Source: a virus (Duplodnaviria; Caudoviricetes). Taken from it: a DNA stretch of 64,000 bases. The notes under the pieces were generated by a model. It made no database searches. It was not told where the DNA came from and saw nothing but the letters and a program-made list of their open reading frames with translations. Positions within the stretch are counted from its first letter, which is position 1. Each line of letters starts with the position of its first letter. Positions 47,742 through 55,798 of the stretch are shown piece by piece. The DNA lies in IMG/VR virus record IMGVR_UViG_3300033072_000181, positions 9,712 through 73,711 of that record; one strand, written 5' to 3'. The position numbers and the translations under genes were made by a program.

Positions 47742-47939
47742 TTAGCTCGCTTTTAATTTATATACATCACCGTTCATACAACGTACCGAATCAGCATAAA
47801 GTTGAATACTATCAACACCCTCATACTTAGCACAGATTTTAACAGCGTTATTTACTTGATAAGCACTGGCTGAACAACCAGACAGTACTGAAGTGCATAA
47901 TACCAATGCTAACGCTGCTGCAATATACTTTTTAATCAT
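47742..47939 (-). CDS. Small putative lipoprotein
   Basis: MIKKYIAAALALVLCTSVLSG|C lipobox; SD AGGAG; two further Cys. Confidence 0.65.
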   Translation of the reverse strand: MIKKYIAAALALVLCTSVLSGCSASAYQVNNAVKICAKYEGVDSIQLYADSVRCMNGDVYKLKAS

Positions 47940-47949
47940 TTTATTCTCC

Positions 47950-48912
47950 TTATAAATTAACTTTACTACGAATACACTTAAATGTCGGATAACGCGGCAG
48001 ATTAAGACAGCCGAAAGCAAAATATTCAAACTCTACTATATGTCCAACTATAGTACTAGGATTATCCCAAAATTTCTTTCGTTCGTCAAGTGTTGTTTCA
48101 CCGGGAGATACTGTAATTTCAGTTCCAGCCTTAGCAATCAAGTTTCCGCTAATATCCAGTAGGTCAGCTAACAAAGTGCCCTGTATGCTACCTAGCAAGC
48201 CGTTAGGCGTTAGATTCTCTTGGTTGGTACTCCTAGTAGTCCGGCCTAATTCATTCGTTGTAGCGGCGTTATTATTGCTGTTTCCTTCTGTAATACCTGT
48301 TACAAGAATCTCTGCTGTCATAAACGGTTTCCATCGCCATAGATGTACCTTACTCTTGCTGCTACGACCTTCTTTATGTGCAAGATCACCAGACCGTAAG
48401 ATAACACCCTCATAACCTAGTGCAATTAGCTTTTGCTTATACTCTTCGTATTCTTGAATATTATTCAGAATAACAATAGGTACAATATGGATATTATTCC
48501 ATCCTTGTAGATTTAGTTCAAGTACTTTATCCACTAGCATATTATATCGAATGCTGTACGGTAAATTAACAGTATCTTCAGTTACATAATCGAAGCACCA
48601 AAGATGAATATCTGGTTTGCCTTCAATTCTACGCATATCACCGCTTGTTAAACGGCACAATGATTCAGCAGTAGGATCACTTCCTGTTGTAGCTTCAGCA
48701 TCAATACCGTTTAATGCAGAATTAGAGAACAAAGATGTAACATGCTTATTCTCATGGTTTTTTAGACTACGTGCGTATGCTACACCGTTTTGTACTAAGA
48801 TACGGCAACCATCAGTCTTAGGCATACCATACAAAGGAAATAATTTAGGTAGTTTATCTTCTTGTACATCTACAGCTAATAGCGGTTTGATCGGTTTGAT
48901 TAGTTTAGGCAT
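47950..48912 (-). CDS. lig: ATP-dependent DNA ligase
   Basis: PKTDGCR (KxDG), WCFD, EGVILR, WRWKP, PRYPTF. Confidence 0.9.
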   Translation of the reverse strand: MPKLIKPIKPLLAVDVQEDKLPKLFPLYGMPKTDGCRILVQNGVAYARSLKNHENKHVTSLFSNSALNGIDAEATTGSDPTAESLCRLTSGDMRRIEGKPDIHLWCFDYVTEDTVNLPYSIRYNMLVDKVLELNLQGWNNIHIVPIVILNNIQEYEEYKQKLIALGYEGVILRSGDLAHKEGRSSKSKVHLWRWKPFMTAEILVTGITEGNSNNNAATTNELGRTTRSTNQENLTPNGLLGSIQGTLLADLLDISGNLIAKAGTEITVSPGETTLDERKKFWDNPSTIVGHIVEFEYFAFGCLNLPRYPTFKCIRSKVNL

Positions 48913-48921
48913 ATTACGCTC

Positions 48922-49122
48922 CTATTCAAAATAAAGTTCATTACAGCAGTCATCATAGTCATCCTCTGTATTACCGTCCATATAATCTTCAAGTAACCTC
49001 CGTAAATTACGCATATCTAATTGAACAGAATCAAAGTTATCAGCGGTTGGTTCTTGTAAAAACATAAGGATACTCTCTTGTAGTTCTTCAATATATTCTT
49101 CTACATTAGTTTTATTAATCAT
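48922..49122 (-). CDS. Very acidic small protein
   Basis: 19 D/E in 66 aa. Confidence 0.6.
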   Translation of the reverse strand: MINKTNVEEYIEELQESILMFLQEPTADNFDSVQLDMRNLRRLLEDYMDGNTEDDYDDCCNELYFE

Positions 49123-49549
49123 TTGTTTTCCCTCCTACTGGCTTGTTGTTTCCTGCTAATTTAGATACTTCTTTATCAATGATGTAATTGATATATGCAA
49201 TTCTAATGTCTGAATTAGATAAACCATTAGTATTAATACCTAGACCATCAACCACATTCTCAATAACACCAGTAACATAATATTTTAAATAACTCTCTAG
49301 TTCATGTTTAAATCGGTTTAGATACTTGATGTTATAACACACCTTTTGCTCTTTAATTTGTTCTATAAAGTGACAAAGATAATGGTAATGCTTTACTTCA
49401 GGAGTATTTAAGCAACCCTTGTTACAATATTTCTTATAAAGTTCAAGAAAGTAATACAAGAATTCACTATATGTTTTAGCTTTTGGTAGTTTAGTTAATG
49501 CTACATAATTATATCCATACTCATCTACAATGTAAGCTCTATCATTCAT
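49115..49549 (-). CDS. Hypothetical protein, paralogue of 49558-49971
   Basis: Shares PKAKTY.EFL and YLCHFI.QIKEQ.VC.N.KYLNRF. Confidence 0.7.
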   Translation of the reverse strand: MNDRAYIVDEYGYNYVALTKLPKAKTYSEFLYYFLELYKKYCNKGCLNTPEVKHYHYLCHFIEQIKEQKVCYNIKYLNRFKHELESYLKYYVTGVIENVVDGLGINTNGLSNSDIRIAYINYIIDKEVSKLAGNNKPVGGKTND

Positions 49550-49557
49550 TTGGTTTT

Positions 49558-49971
49558 CTACCTGTTTGCTAGTTCATCAATAAGAAACTGTAGATATTTC
49601 TTGCGGTTTTCATAAACACTTCCTTCATTAATACCATATCCAGAAAGTACTCGTTCAATAATACTGGTACCAAATTTCTCCAAATCACTTACTAACCTAG
49701 AATTAAATCGGTTTAGATACTTGCTGTTAGAACATACACCTTGCTCTTTGATCTGTTGTATAAAGTGACAAAGATACTTATATGGTCGTTCAAAATCATA
49801 CACAGCAGTACCATACACGTACTTTTTATCACAATATTCAGAATATACATCTAACAAGATACCAAGGAATTCACCGTATGTTTTAGCTTTAGGAAATACT
49901 GGCAATGCAATATCAGTAATACACTGTGGCAACTGGTTGTTATCCATCTTAGTATCAGTTTCACAATTCAT
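49558..49971 (-). CDS. Hypothetical protein, paralogue of 49115-49549
   Basis: Same shared motifs; tandem arrangement. Confidence 0.7.
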   Translation of the reverse strand: MNCETDTKMDNNQLPQCITDIALPVFPKAKTYGEFLGILLDVYSEYCDKKYVYGTAVYDFERPYKYLCHFIQQIKEQGVCSNSKYLNRFNSRLVSDLEKFGTSIIERVLSGYGINEGSVYENRKKYLQFLIDELANR

Positions 49972-49982
49972 TTGTTTTTCTC

Positions 49983-50410
49983 CTAGTTAGTACCACCAGA
50001 ACCGTATTCTACACTCTTTGTGCAGGCTTTACCACAACTTTCTGTACGTGTAGCTTGCGTTTTAACTGACTTTTCAATACCAGATACATCAGCACACACT
50101 GTAGAATAAACAGGCTTTTATGAATGTAGGTTTCATATACCTTGCATGAATTAAACTCTCTTACAACGTGCGGTGTTTCTAATCGTTCTGTTTCAGCTAG
50201 TTCGGCAGCTAGTCTAGCTTCTTCTTCAGCTTGTATTGAAGGATCAGAATTATACATAAAAATAGCACCAACTACACAACTTAAAGCATTCAACACCATT
50301 ACACCACCTAGAATTTCTTTATCTTTACCTTCATCATATAAAGAACTACCCACAATACAAAGTAATACAGCTAAGAGTAGTAGCAACGTAATACCAACGG
50401 TTAATGTCAT
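49983..50410 (-). pseudogene. Two-TM membrane protein gene with an apparent 1-nt deletion near 50110
   Basis: The tracked ORF tail has atypical codons, while the shifted frame reads VYSTVCADVSGIEKSVKTQATRTESCGKACTKSVEYGSGGTN to a stop at 49983; total span is 428 nt, one short of 143 codons. Confidence 0.5.
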
Positions 50411-50443
50411 CTTGCAATCCCCTAACGTTAATCAATGATTCGT

Positions 50444-50472
50444 ATCATACGTAACATCCTAACTCTTGTCAA
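50444..50472 (-). promoter_or_regulatory. Leftward sigma70 promoter
   Basis: TTGACA-N17-TATGAT. Confidence 0.85.
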
Positions 50473-50516
50473 GAACTTTCTTAACGATAAGCACTAAAAA
50501 TATTTTGCACGTACTC

Positions 50517-50544
50517 TTGACAGATCAGAAAACGATGATACAAT
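50517..50544 (+). promoter_or_regulatory. Rightward sigma70 promoter, back-to-back with the leftward one
   Basis: TTGACA-N16-TACAAT with extended TG. Confidence 0.75.
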
Positions 50545-50574
50545 AGAACCATCAGTTCTAGCAAACGGTATATC

Positions 50575-50795
50575 ATACGTTATAGCTGCTGTTATACGTA
50601 TGCTATACATAGGTTATAACGTGTATAGTAGCTGCTGTTATATAACATACGATATAATATAGGTATGTATAATTAATTATTCTTTAAATATAATCTATAT
50701 ATTAACGTATATACTAACGGTAATATACCAGTTATATAGCAGTTATAACTAACGTATATACTACCGTTAAGCTAACGCTAGTAAATCACAAAGTA
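50575..50795. other. AT-rich non-coding repeat/palindrome region (candidate replication origin)
   Basis: Direct repeats TAGCTGCTGTTATA x2 and TAACGTATATACTA x2; palindromes GTTATAAC; central AT-only tract; sits at the strand switch. Confidence 0.45.
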
Positions 50796-50805
50796 AGGAG
50801 AAATT

Positions 50806-51453
50806 ATGAAAACAACTTTAAAGATTGAAGCTGCACTAGATGCTTACAGAAAGCATACAGGTGAGCTACTATCAGCAGAAGAAGCATTTGTAGCTGGTTA
50901 TTGTGCTGCTGTTGATGTGCTATCAGAACGTAATGCTAAACAGGATGATGTATCAGCCGATACAACAAACATTCCTTATGTACAACCGGCTATTTTATCA
51001 TCCGTTACATCTGGTACTAAGTTAAAAGAACATCAAGGGTTAAAGAAACAAACGAATTGTCCATTCGATTACAGCACTAAATCTACAATTTCTAGTAGCT
51101 CAGTAAGAAAAGAGTTTACAAACAGGATTTCATCTGCTAGACTAGCTCAAAATGTAGCGGCATGTAGTACTTATAGCAAAACAGAAGTTCAGGATTGCTT
51201 GTACTTGATACTTAACGCTATCCTTGATAATTTGTTTGAAGGTAACGAAGTAGTGCTTGACAAGTTTGGTGTGTTTAAACTAAAGTATAACAAACCTAGA
51301 CAAGTAGTTAATCCGTTTTATGGTAAGTTTATATCTGAACCTAGCTTGAGTATCCGCTTTACGTTAAACAGAGAATTAAACCGTTATGTTAGTGCTAATC
51401 GAGCAGCACTAATTGAATATTTGAATAATAAGGAGAGTGTAAATGCCAGCTAA
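50806..51453 (+). CDS. HU/IHF-like DNA-binding domain protein with N-terminal extension
   Basis: SKTEVQDCL...GNEVVLDKFGVFKLK...RQVVNPF...IRFTLNRELNRYV. Confidence 0.75.
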   Translation: MKTTLKIEAALDAYRKHTGELLSAEEAFVAGYCAAVDVLSERNAKQDDVSADTTNIPYVQPAILSSVTSGTKLKEHQGLKKQTNCPFDYSTKSTISSSSVRKEFTNRISSARLAQNVAACSTYSKTEVQDCLYLILNAILDNLFEGNEVVLDKFGVFKLKYNKPRQVVNPFYGKFISEPSLSIRFTLNRELNRYVSANRAALIEYLNNKESVNAS

Positions 51454-51655
51454 AATTCTTGGAAGTGAAGGTAGAGCAATTAAAGCATACCTTGAATTTG
51501 AAAATTTGAGTTATGTAATACAAGAACAAAATATTATTAGTAACGGAAAAATAAAGAATGTATTTACAGTTAAATGTAATAGTGAGTATAAGAATTTTAC
51601 TAACTTTTATGATCTTGTTAATTATGTAGTGCATAACGGTCTTGCACTCTGTTAA
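51443..51655 (+). CDS. Hypothetical protein
   Basis: SD AGGAG; overlapping operon. Confidence 0.55.
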   Translation: MPAKILGSEGRAIKAYLEFENLSYVIQEQNIISNGKIKNVFTVKCNSEYKNFTNFYDLVNYVVHNGLALC

Positions 51656-51671
51656 GTAAAGGATAGCTCAA

Positions 51672-51923
51672 ATGCCAGTTGAAACCCTAGGTTATTTAAT
51701 TATATATTTTAGTTGTTTGATTGCTATGGTTGCAACTAAGTATATTCTATCCTGTGTTAATTCCCAAAAATATATTTGTAGATTATATGATAAGGACTAT
51801 AATAAGCTATATGATAGTTGGTGTTATGGTGAAATTGAGACTGATGAATATTCAGATAAACTAGATAATATTCGTTACAGTTTTATTCTATTTACTAATC
51901 GAGATAAACATGCGAAAGACTAA
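51672..51923 (+). CDS. Hypothetical protein with N-terminal TM helix
   Basis: SD AGGA; hydrophobic N-terminus. Confidence 0.55.
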   Translation: MPVETLGYLIIYFSCLIAMVATKYILSCVNSQKYICRLYDKDYNKLYDSWCYGEIETDEYSDKLDNIRYSFILFTNRDKHAKD

Positions 51924-52056
51924 ACGAAAGAACAAAGCTAAACAAAGGAATCTAGTAGCTAAAGATTTGTTGACAAACCCTTTGTATAAGCGTAAGATTC
52001 ATACCAATCGAAAGAAATCTGAACGTAACAAACACAAGGAGAATGAAAATGACTGA
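51910..52056 (+). CDS. ArfA-like small basic protein (48 aa; not in the ORF track)
   Basis: MRKTKRKNKAKQRNLVAKDLLTNPLYKRKIHTNRKKSERNKHKENEND; overlaps both neighbours. Confidence 0.55.
   Translation: MRKTKRKNKAKQRNLVAKDLLTNPLYKRKIHTNRKKSERNKHKENEND
51970..51998 (+). promoter_or_regulatory. sigma70 promoter
   Basis: TTGACA-N17-TAAGAT. Confidence 0.65.
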
Positions 52057-52252
52057 AACTAAAGTTGATCCTAACGAAGCACCTGACGGTTATGTTGCTG
52101 TTGAGTATCTAGATGTATGTTGTAGCAATTGCGTTTTTGATTCAGATATTGTAGCTTGCAATAATGCACCTTGTCTAGGTAAGTATAGAAAAGACAAAAC
52201 AGCAGTATATTTCATCAAAGCAAAAGCAAAGGAGAACAACTATGGACTTTGA
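52049..52252 (+). CDS. Small Cys-rich protein
   Basis: DPNEAP.GY.AVE...CxxCxF...C...C...RKDK..VYFIK; same domain begins ORF 55799. Confidence 0.65.
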   Translation: MTETKVDPNEAPDGYVAVEYLDVCCSNCVFDSDIVACNNAPCLGKYRKDKTAVYFIKAKAKENNYGL

Positions 52253-52676
52253 CCTAAAAGATTATGAAGTATATAGCAGCAATAAAGCACAATGTTTAGA
52301 ATGCGGTAGTATTATTGAATCTAAGCACGTACATGACTTTGTAACTTGCAGTTGTGGTAAGTTATCGCTTGATGGTGGAACAGAGTATCAGCGAGTCGTA
52401 TTTACTGATTATAGTAAGATTAAGTTTCTATCAGAATTCCGTTATATGTCACTACAAGAAGTAACAGACCGCATCTTACGTAATGAGGCACGGATTAAAT
52501 CTCCATATATTTCTGATTTTTCTAAGACTTATTACAGTGAACAATTAGCATCTGATCTAGCCTATCGTGAGTATTTGCTAGCTGGTAAAACAGAGGATAA
52601 AGCTGCTAGTAAAGCTGCCAGTAAAGCTGCCAGTAAAGCTGCTAGTAAAGCTGGTACTGACGAACATGAAACCTAA
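52242..52676 (+). CDS. Zn-finger protein with C-terminal KAAS repeats
   Basis: CLECG...HVHDFVTCSCG..SLDGG; five 12-bp-spaced TAAAGCTG cores at 52598-52653. Confidence 0.7.
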   Translation: MDFDLKDYEVYSSNKAQCLECGSIIESKHVHDFVTCSCGKLSLDGGTEYQRVVFTDYSKIKFLSEFRYMSLQEVTDRILRNEARIKSPYISDFSKTYYSEQLASDLAYREYLLAGKTEDKAASKAASKAASKAASKAGTDEHET

Positions 52677-53085
52677 ACACATAAAAGCATATATGCGGTG
52701 TGCTGAAGCATTTGCTGAATGCAGCAGTAGTACTCGATTGCTAGTTGGGGCTGTTATCGTAAAGAACAACAGGATCATTAGCTGCGGATATAACGCACTT
52801 CCAGCACACATTAACGGTAGTTTAGAGGATAGTAATGGTTGTACTAAGCCAGAGGTTAGACACGCTGAAAAGAACGCTCTGTTAGGTCTAGTTAAATCAT
52901 CCGAAAGTTCTGTTGGTGCTACTTTGTTCTGTACTCATGCCCCATGTAAGTACTGTGCTATTGATATTGTAGATAGTGGTATAACGTGCGTTTATTATAA
53001 GCATTCGTACAGGTCAAGCGAAGGGTTAGAATACCTGCGAAATAACAAAGTTGAACTACATCTTTTTGTTGACAACGCAGGGTAA
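52666..53085 (+). CDS. dCMP deaminase
   Basis: VGAVIVKNNRIISCGYN, HAEKNA, THAPCKYC. Confidence 0.88.
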   Translation: MKPKHIKAYMRCAEAFAECSSSTRLLVGAVIVKNNRIISCGYNALPAHINGSLEDSNGCTKPEVRHAEKNALLGLVKSSESSVGATLFCTHAPCKYCAIDIVDSGITCVYYKHSYRSSEGLEYLRNNKVELHLFVDNAG

Positions 53086-53097
53086 GGTTGGTATGAT
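53069..53097 (+). promoter_or_regulatory. sigma70 promoter overlapping the deaminase 3' end
   Basis: TTGACA-N17-TATGAT. Confidence 0.8.
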
Positions 53098-53132
53098 TCG
53101 TTTGTGTTTAATTTTTAAGGAGGTAACTAGTA

Positions 53133-53591
53133 ATGCCAGAGCACTATTGGGCGCAAGAGCATACGATTGAAGCAGAGCTAGAGACGATTGCTTGTGGAGC
53201 TACTGGTCAGTTATTGCAGAAATGGCAAAAGAAGGCCATATACAAAGCCATTAAACAATTAAAAAAATTAGATAAATCCCGCAGCACCATAGCAGAACAA
53301 GCCGAGTGGATTAAGCGGCAACACGATGCGATTCTTTCGCAGGACGAAGCTATCAGCCAGTTACAAAATACGCTAATAGAGAGTGCAGTAGGGCAGGACA
53401 AATGCTTGGAGTGGATTAAACAGCTTGAGAACATTCTACAAGAAGTACTAAGAGTTGCACCTAGTGAAATTACGTGCGATAATCTTCATCACCGTAAGAA
53501 AGATCAACACGCATGTAATGAACCATGTCCTATAGAAATCCGGTATTCTGAAACAATAGAAAATGCCAATAAAGTGTTACAAGGGGAGTAA
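53133..53591 (+). CDS. Coiled-coil hypothetical protein with C-terminal C/H cluster
   Basis: SD GGAGG; CDNLHHRKKDQHACNEPCP. Confidence 0.65.
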   Translation: MPEHYWAQEHTIEAELETIACGATGQLLQKWQKKAIYKAIKQLKKLDKSRSTIAEQAEWIKRQHDAILSQDEAISQLQNTLIESAVGQDKCLEWIKQLENILQEVLRVAPSEITCDNLHHRKKDQHACNEPCPIEIRYSETIENANKVLQGE

Positions 53592-53592
53592 T

Positions 53593-53736
53593 ATGTAAAT
53601 CAGCACACAGCATATCCGCTAGCTATGTAAGAAACTTGACGATAAACTGGCGTTAAACACATTGATTGAGCAGCATCAACAAGAGATTAAAAGCATAGAG
53701 AAACAGCTTGCAGAACTATTGACAAGTAACAAGTAA
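53593..53736 (+). pseudogene. Small coiled-coil gene with two premature stops
   Basis: SD GGGGAG then ATG-TAA-ATC...CGC-TAG-CTA..., continuing LCKKLDDKLALNTLIEQHQQEIKSIEKQLAELLTSNK to TAA. Confidence 0.55.
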
Positions 53737-53747
53737 GCACATACAAT
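53719..53747 (+). promoter_or_regulatory. sigma70 promoter
   Basis: TTGACA-N17-TACAAT. Confidence 0.8.
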
Positions 53748-53780
53748 TGCTACATCGTTACTGACTAAGGAGAGAAACAA

Positions 53781-54098
53781 ATGGCTAACTGTACTGTTGA
53801 AACTGTTGTAAAAGAAAAGGTAGTAACAGTGGAAGAAAAAGTTGTAAATCTTGAACTAACTGAAATTGAAGCGTATGTTCTGGCTACTGTACTAGGTAGT
53901 ATCGGAGGTCATCCTATTACTACACTTAGGGCTTATTGTGATAACATTCGTGAAAGTTTGAATTTAATTGGTTATGATACACTTCGTTTCAATACAGTTT
54001 GTGTTACTTCAGACGTTTATACTGAAAAGGATACGTTGTATTTTGCTGAAGGTAGTATTAGTATTGCGGAACATCTTAAAAGTCAAGGTATCAACTAA
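53781..54098 (+). CDS. Hypothetical protein
   Basis: SD AGGAG; similar in pattern to 60752-61162 C-terminal half (speculative). Confidence 0.65.
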   Translation: MANCTVETVVKEKVVTVEEKVVNLELTEIEAYVLATVLGSIGGHPITTLRAYCDNIRESLNLIGYDTLRFNTVCVTSDVYTEKDTLYFAEGSISIAEHLKSQGIN

Positions 54099-54116
54099 TT
54101 TTATAAGGAGCGATAA

Positions 54117-54296
54117 ATGCGTAAATGGGTAGTTTGGTGTCTTACAAATAATCTTTCATTTGTTGTCTATATTGTTTTGATTCTCAGCATTCCTCTTTAT
54201 GTGCTAGTTTATATTCCAGAGGGGCTAAAGGATTGGTCTAGAGATTTCCGTTTGCTTAAATCTGAACATAAAAAGATCAAGAGTATTACACCATAA
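54117..54296 (+). CDS. Small membrane protein (59 aa; not in the ORF track)
   Basis: SD AGGAG; MRKWVVWCLTNNLSFVVYIVLILSIPLYVLVYIP... Confidence 0.6.
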   Translation: MRKWVVWCLTNNLSFVVYIVLILSIPLYVLVYIPEGLKDWSRDFRLLKSEHKKIKSITP

Positions 54297-54353
54297 CACT
54301 AAGTTGTATATAATACTGAGTACATCTTTTCAACATAACTAAGGAGAAAACAC

Positions 54354-54566
54354 ATGACAAACACACTACAGGCTAAAGAAAACGCTGTAAAACGAGCAGC
54401 ACTTTGCGGAGAGTTTGAAGCTAAGGTAATTGACCTGTTAGACCTGCATAAGCGGATTGTAGACCTAAAGAACGACTGGTTATCTTTTGAAGGTCGTATC
54501 CAAGAATATAATCCAGATTACGAAGATTGGGAAGAGTCGTCAGATTGGGAAGAAAGTTCTTGTTAA
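54354..54566 (+). CDS. Small helical protein with acidic duplicated tail
   Basis: SD AGGAG; ends YEDWEESSDWEESSC. Confidence 0.65.
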   Translation: MTNTLQAKENAVKRAALCGEFEAKVIDLLDLHKRIVDLKNDWLSFEGRIQEYNPDYEDWEESSDWEESSC

Positions 54567-54576
54567 ATAACTAAGG

Positions 54577-54612
54577 AAAGGTTACAATAGGTTAATTCCT
54601 GTTGTAGCCTTT
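54577..54612 (+). terminator. Hairpin terminator
   Basis: AAAGGTTACAATAGG / CCTGTTGTAGCCTTT 15-bp stem. Confidence 0.65.
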
Positions 54613-54631
54613 ATTATTAGGAGAAAATTAA

Positions 54632-55585
54632 ATGTTGCTAATTGGTTCTACTGTTCTAAAATATCATGCTGTAAGCAACTGCGTACCTTCTGATACAGAC
54701 TTCGTATGTACTCAAGAAGAAGCATTGGTTTATGCTGAAGTTAATAATATTGCGTTTAGTAAATTCACAGATACTAAAGCAGTAGGTAAGAATATAGCTG
54801 GTATTTTTGAATTCAATTTTATTAATGATTCATGTACCAATCCATACAAACTAATGTATGATATTGCTATGCCCTGTAGCTTCTGCATTACAACACAACC
54901 AGAATATGAAATTTATGTGCCTAGTGTAGAGTTTATCCTAGCTGTAAAATATTCGCATCGTTTTGCTGATCTATCTGCTAATAATTTCTATAAGACACGT
55001 CAGGATATTCTATATCTAGAATCTATCGGTTACTCTCCGATGAAGCACCCTGATTTTGACCGTATTGAAAAGCTATTCTGTAATAAGCATCCTAAACTAA
55101 ATGTTAAAGCTGCTGACTTCTTCAAGGAAACAGACGGTTTTTATGTGTATCAACACGACGATATTCATAGTAGTATTGTTAGTCCTGATTTTACTGCTGC
55201 TAACGCAAAGCAACCAGCTTATAAACTGATTATTGATGGTGAGGTGCAATGTAGTAAAGAGAAATGGGATAAGCTGACGTTTGAACAGAAGGTAGATTGT
55301 GCTATTGAAGAGTGCTTTGTACTTGCATTAGAACGTAGTATTATTCCATTCCGTAGTGATACGTTGGATACTGTCACAAGGACAAGGTGCTTATACACAG
55401 CTTTTGATACAGCTATTCGCAAAGTATCTACACGAATTACATCAGGATACTTCAGAGAATTCTGCTGGAAACATCTAGATGAAATTACAGATGAAGCAGA
55501 AAATCGTATCCAAGAATATTACAGCAATTTCTTGACTAATCTTAAAGCCGGTCGTATTCGTAAGTTCGGAACTAAAGGAGAGTAA
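54632..55585 (+). CDS. Phage protein with N-terminal nucleotidyltransferase-like motif
   Basis: LLIGS...SDTDF (GS-x-DxD); family function not established. Confidence 0.5.
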   Translation: MLLIGSTVLKYHAVSNCVPSDTDFVCTQEEALVYAEVNNIAFSKFTDTKAVGKNIAGIFEFNFINDSCTNPYKLMYDIAMPCSFCITTQPEYEIYVPSVEFILAVKYSHRFADLSANNFYKTRQDILYLESIGYSPMKHPDFDRIEKLFCNKHPKLNVKAADFFKETDGFYVYQHDDIHSSIVSPDFTAANAKQPAYKLIIDGEVQCSKEKWDKLTFEQKVDCAIEECFVLALERSIIPFRSDTLDTVTRTRCLYTAFDTAIRKVSTRITSGYFREFCWKHLDEITDEAENRIQEYYSNFLTNLKAGRIRKFGTKGE

Positions 55586-55586
55586 T

Positions 55587-55748
55587 ATGAATTTATTATA
55601 TAAACTAAAGAACCGCCTGATTTGTTTTATTTATGGACATGCAAGTATAATTAAGAAATATAATCCAGATGGTACATGCTGTTATATGTGTGTTCGTTGT
55701 GGTAAGGTATTATCTACTAGAAACCTCTTGCAAGACCACAGAAACTGA
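55587..55748 (+). CDS. Small Zn-binding protein (53 aa; not in the ORF track)
   Basis: LICFIYGH...CVRCGK; SD AGGAG. Confidence 0.6.
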   Translation: MNLLYKLKNRLICFIYGHASIIKKYNPDGTCCYMCVRCGKVLSTRNLLQDHRN

Positions 55749-55756
55749 TATACAAT
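55728..55756 (+). promoter_or_regulatory. sigma70 promoter
   Basis: TTGCAA-N17-TACAAT. Confidence 0.65.
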
Positions 55757-55798
55757 GCAGTTGTATTACAGATAAACTGATTTTATAAGGAGAATATA

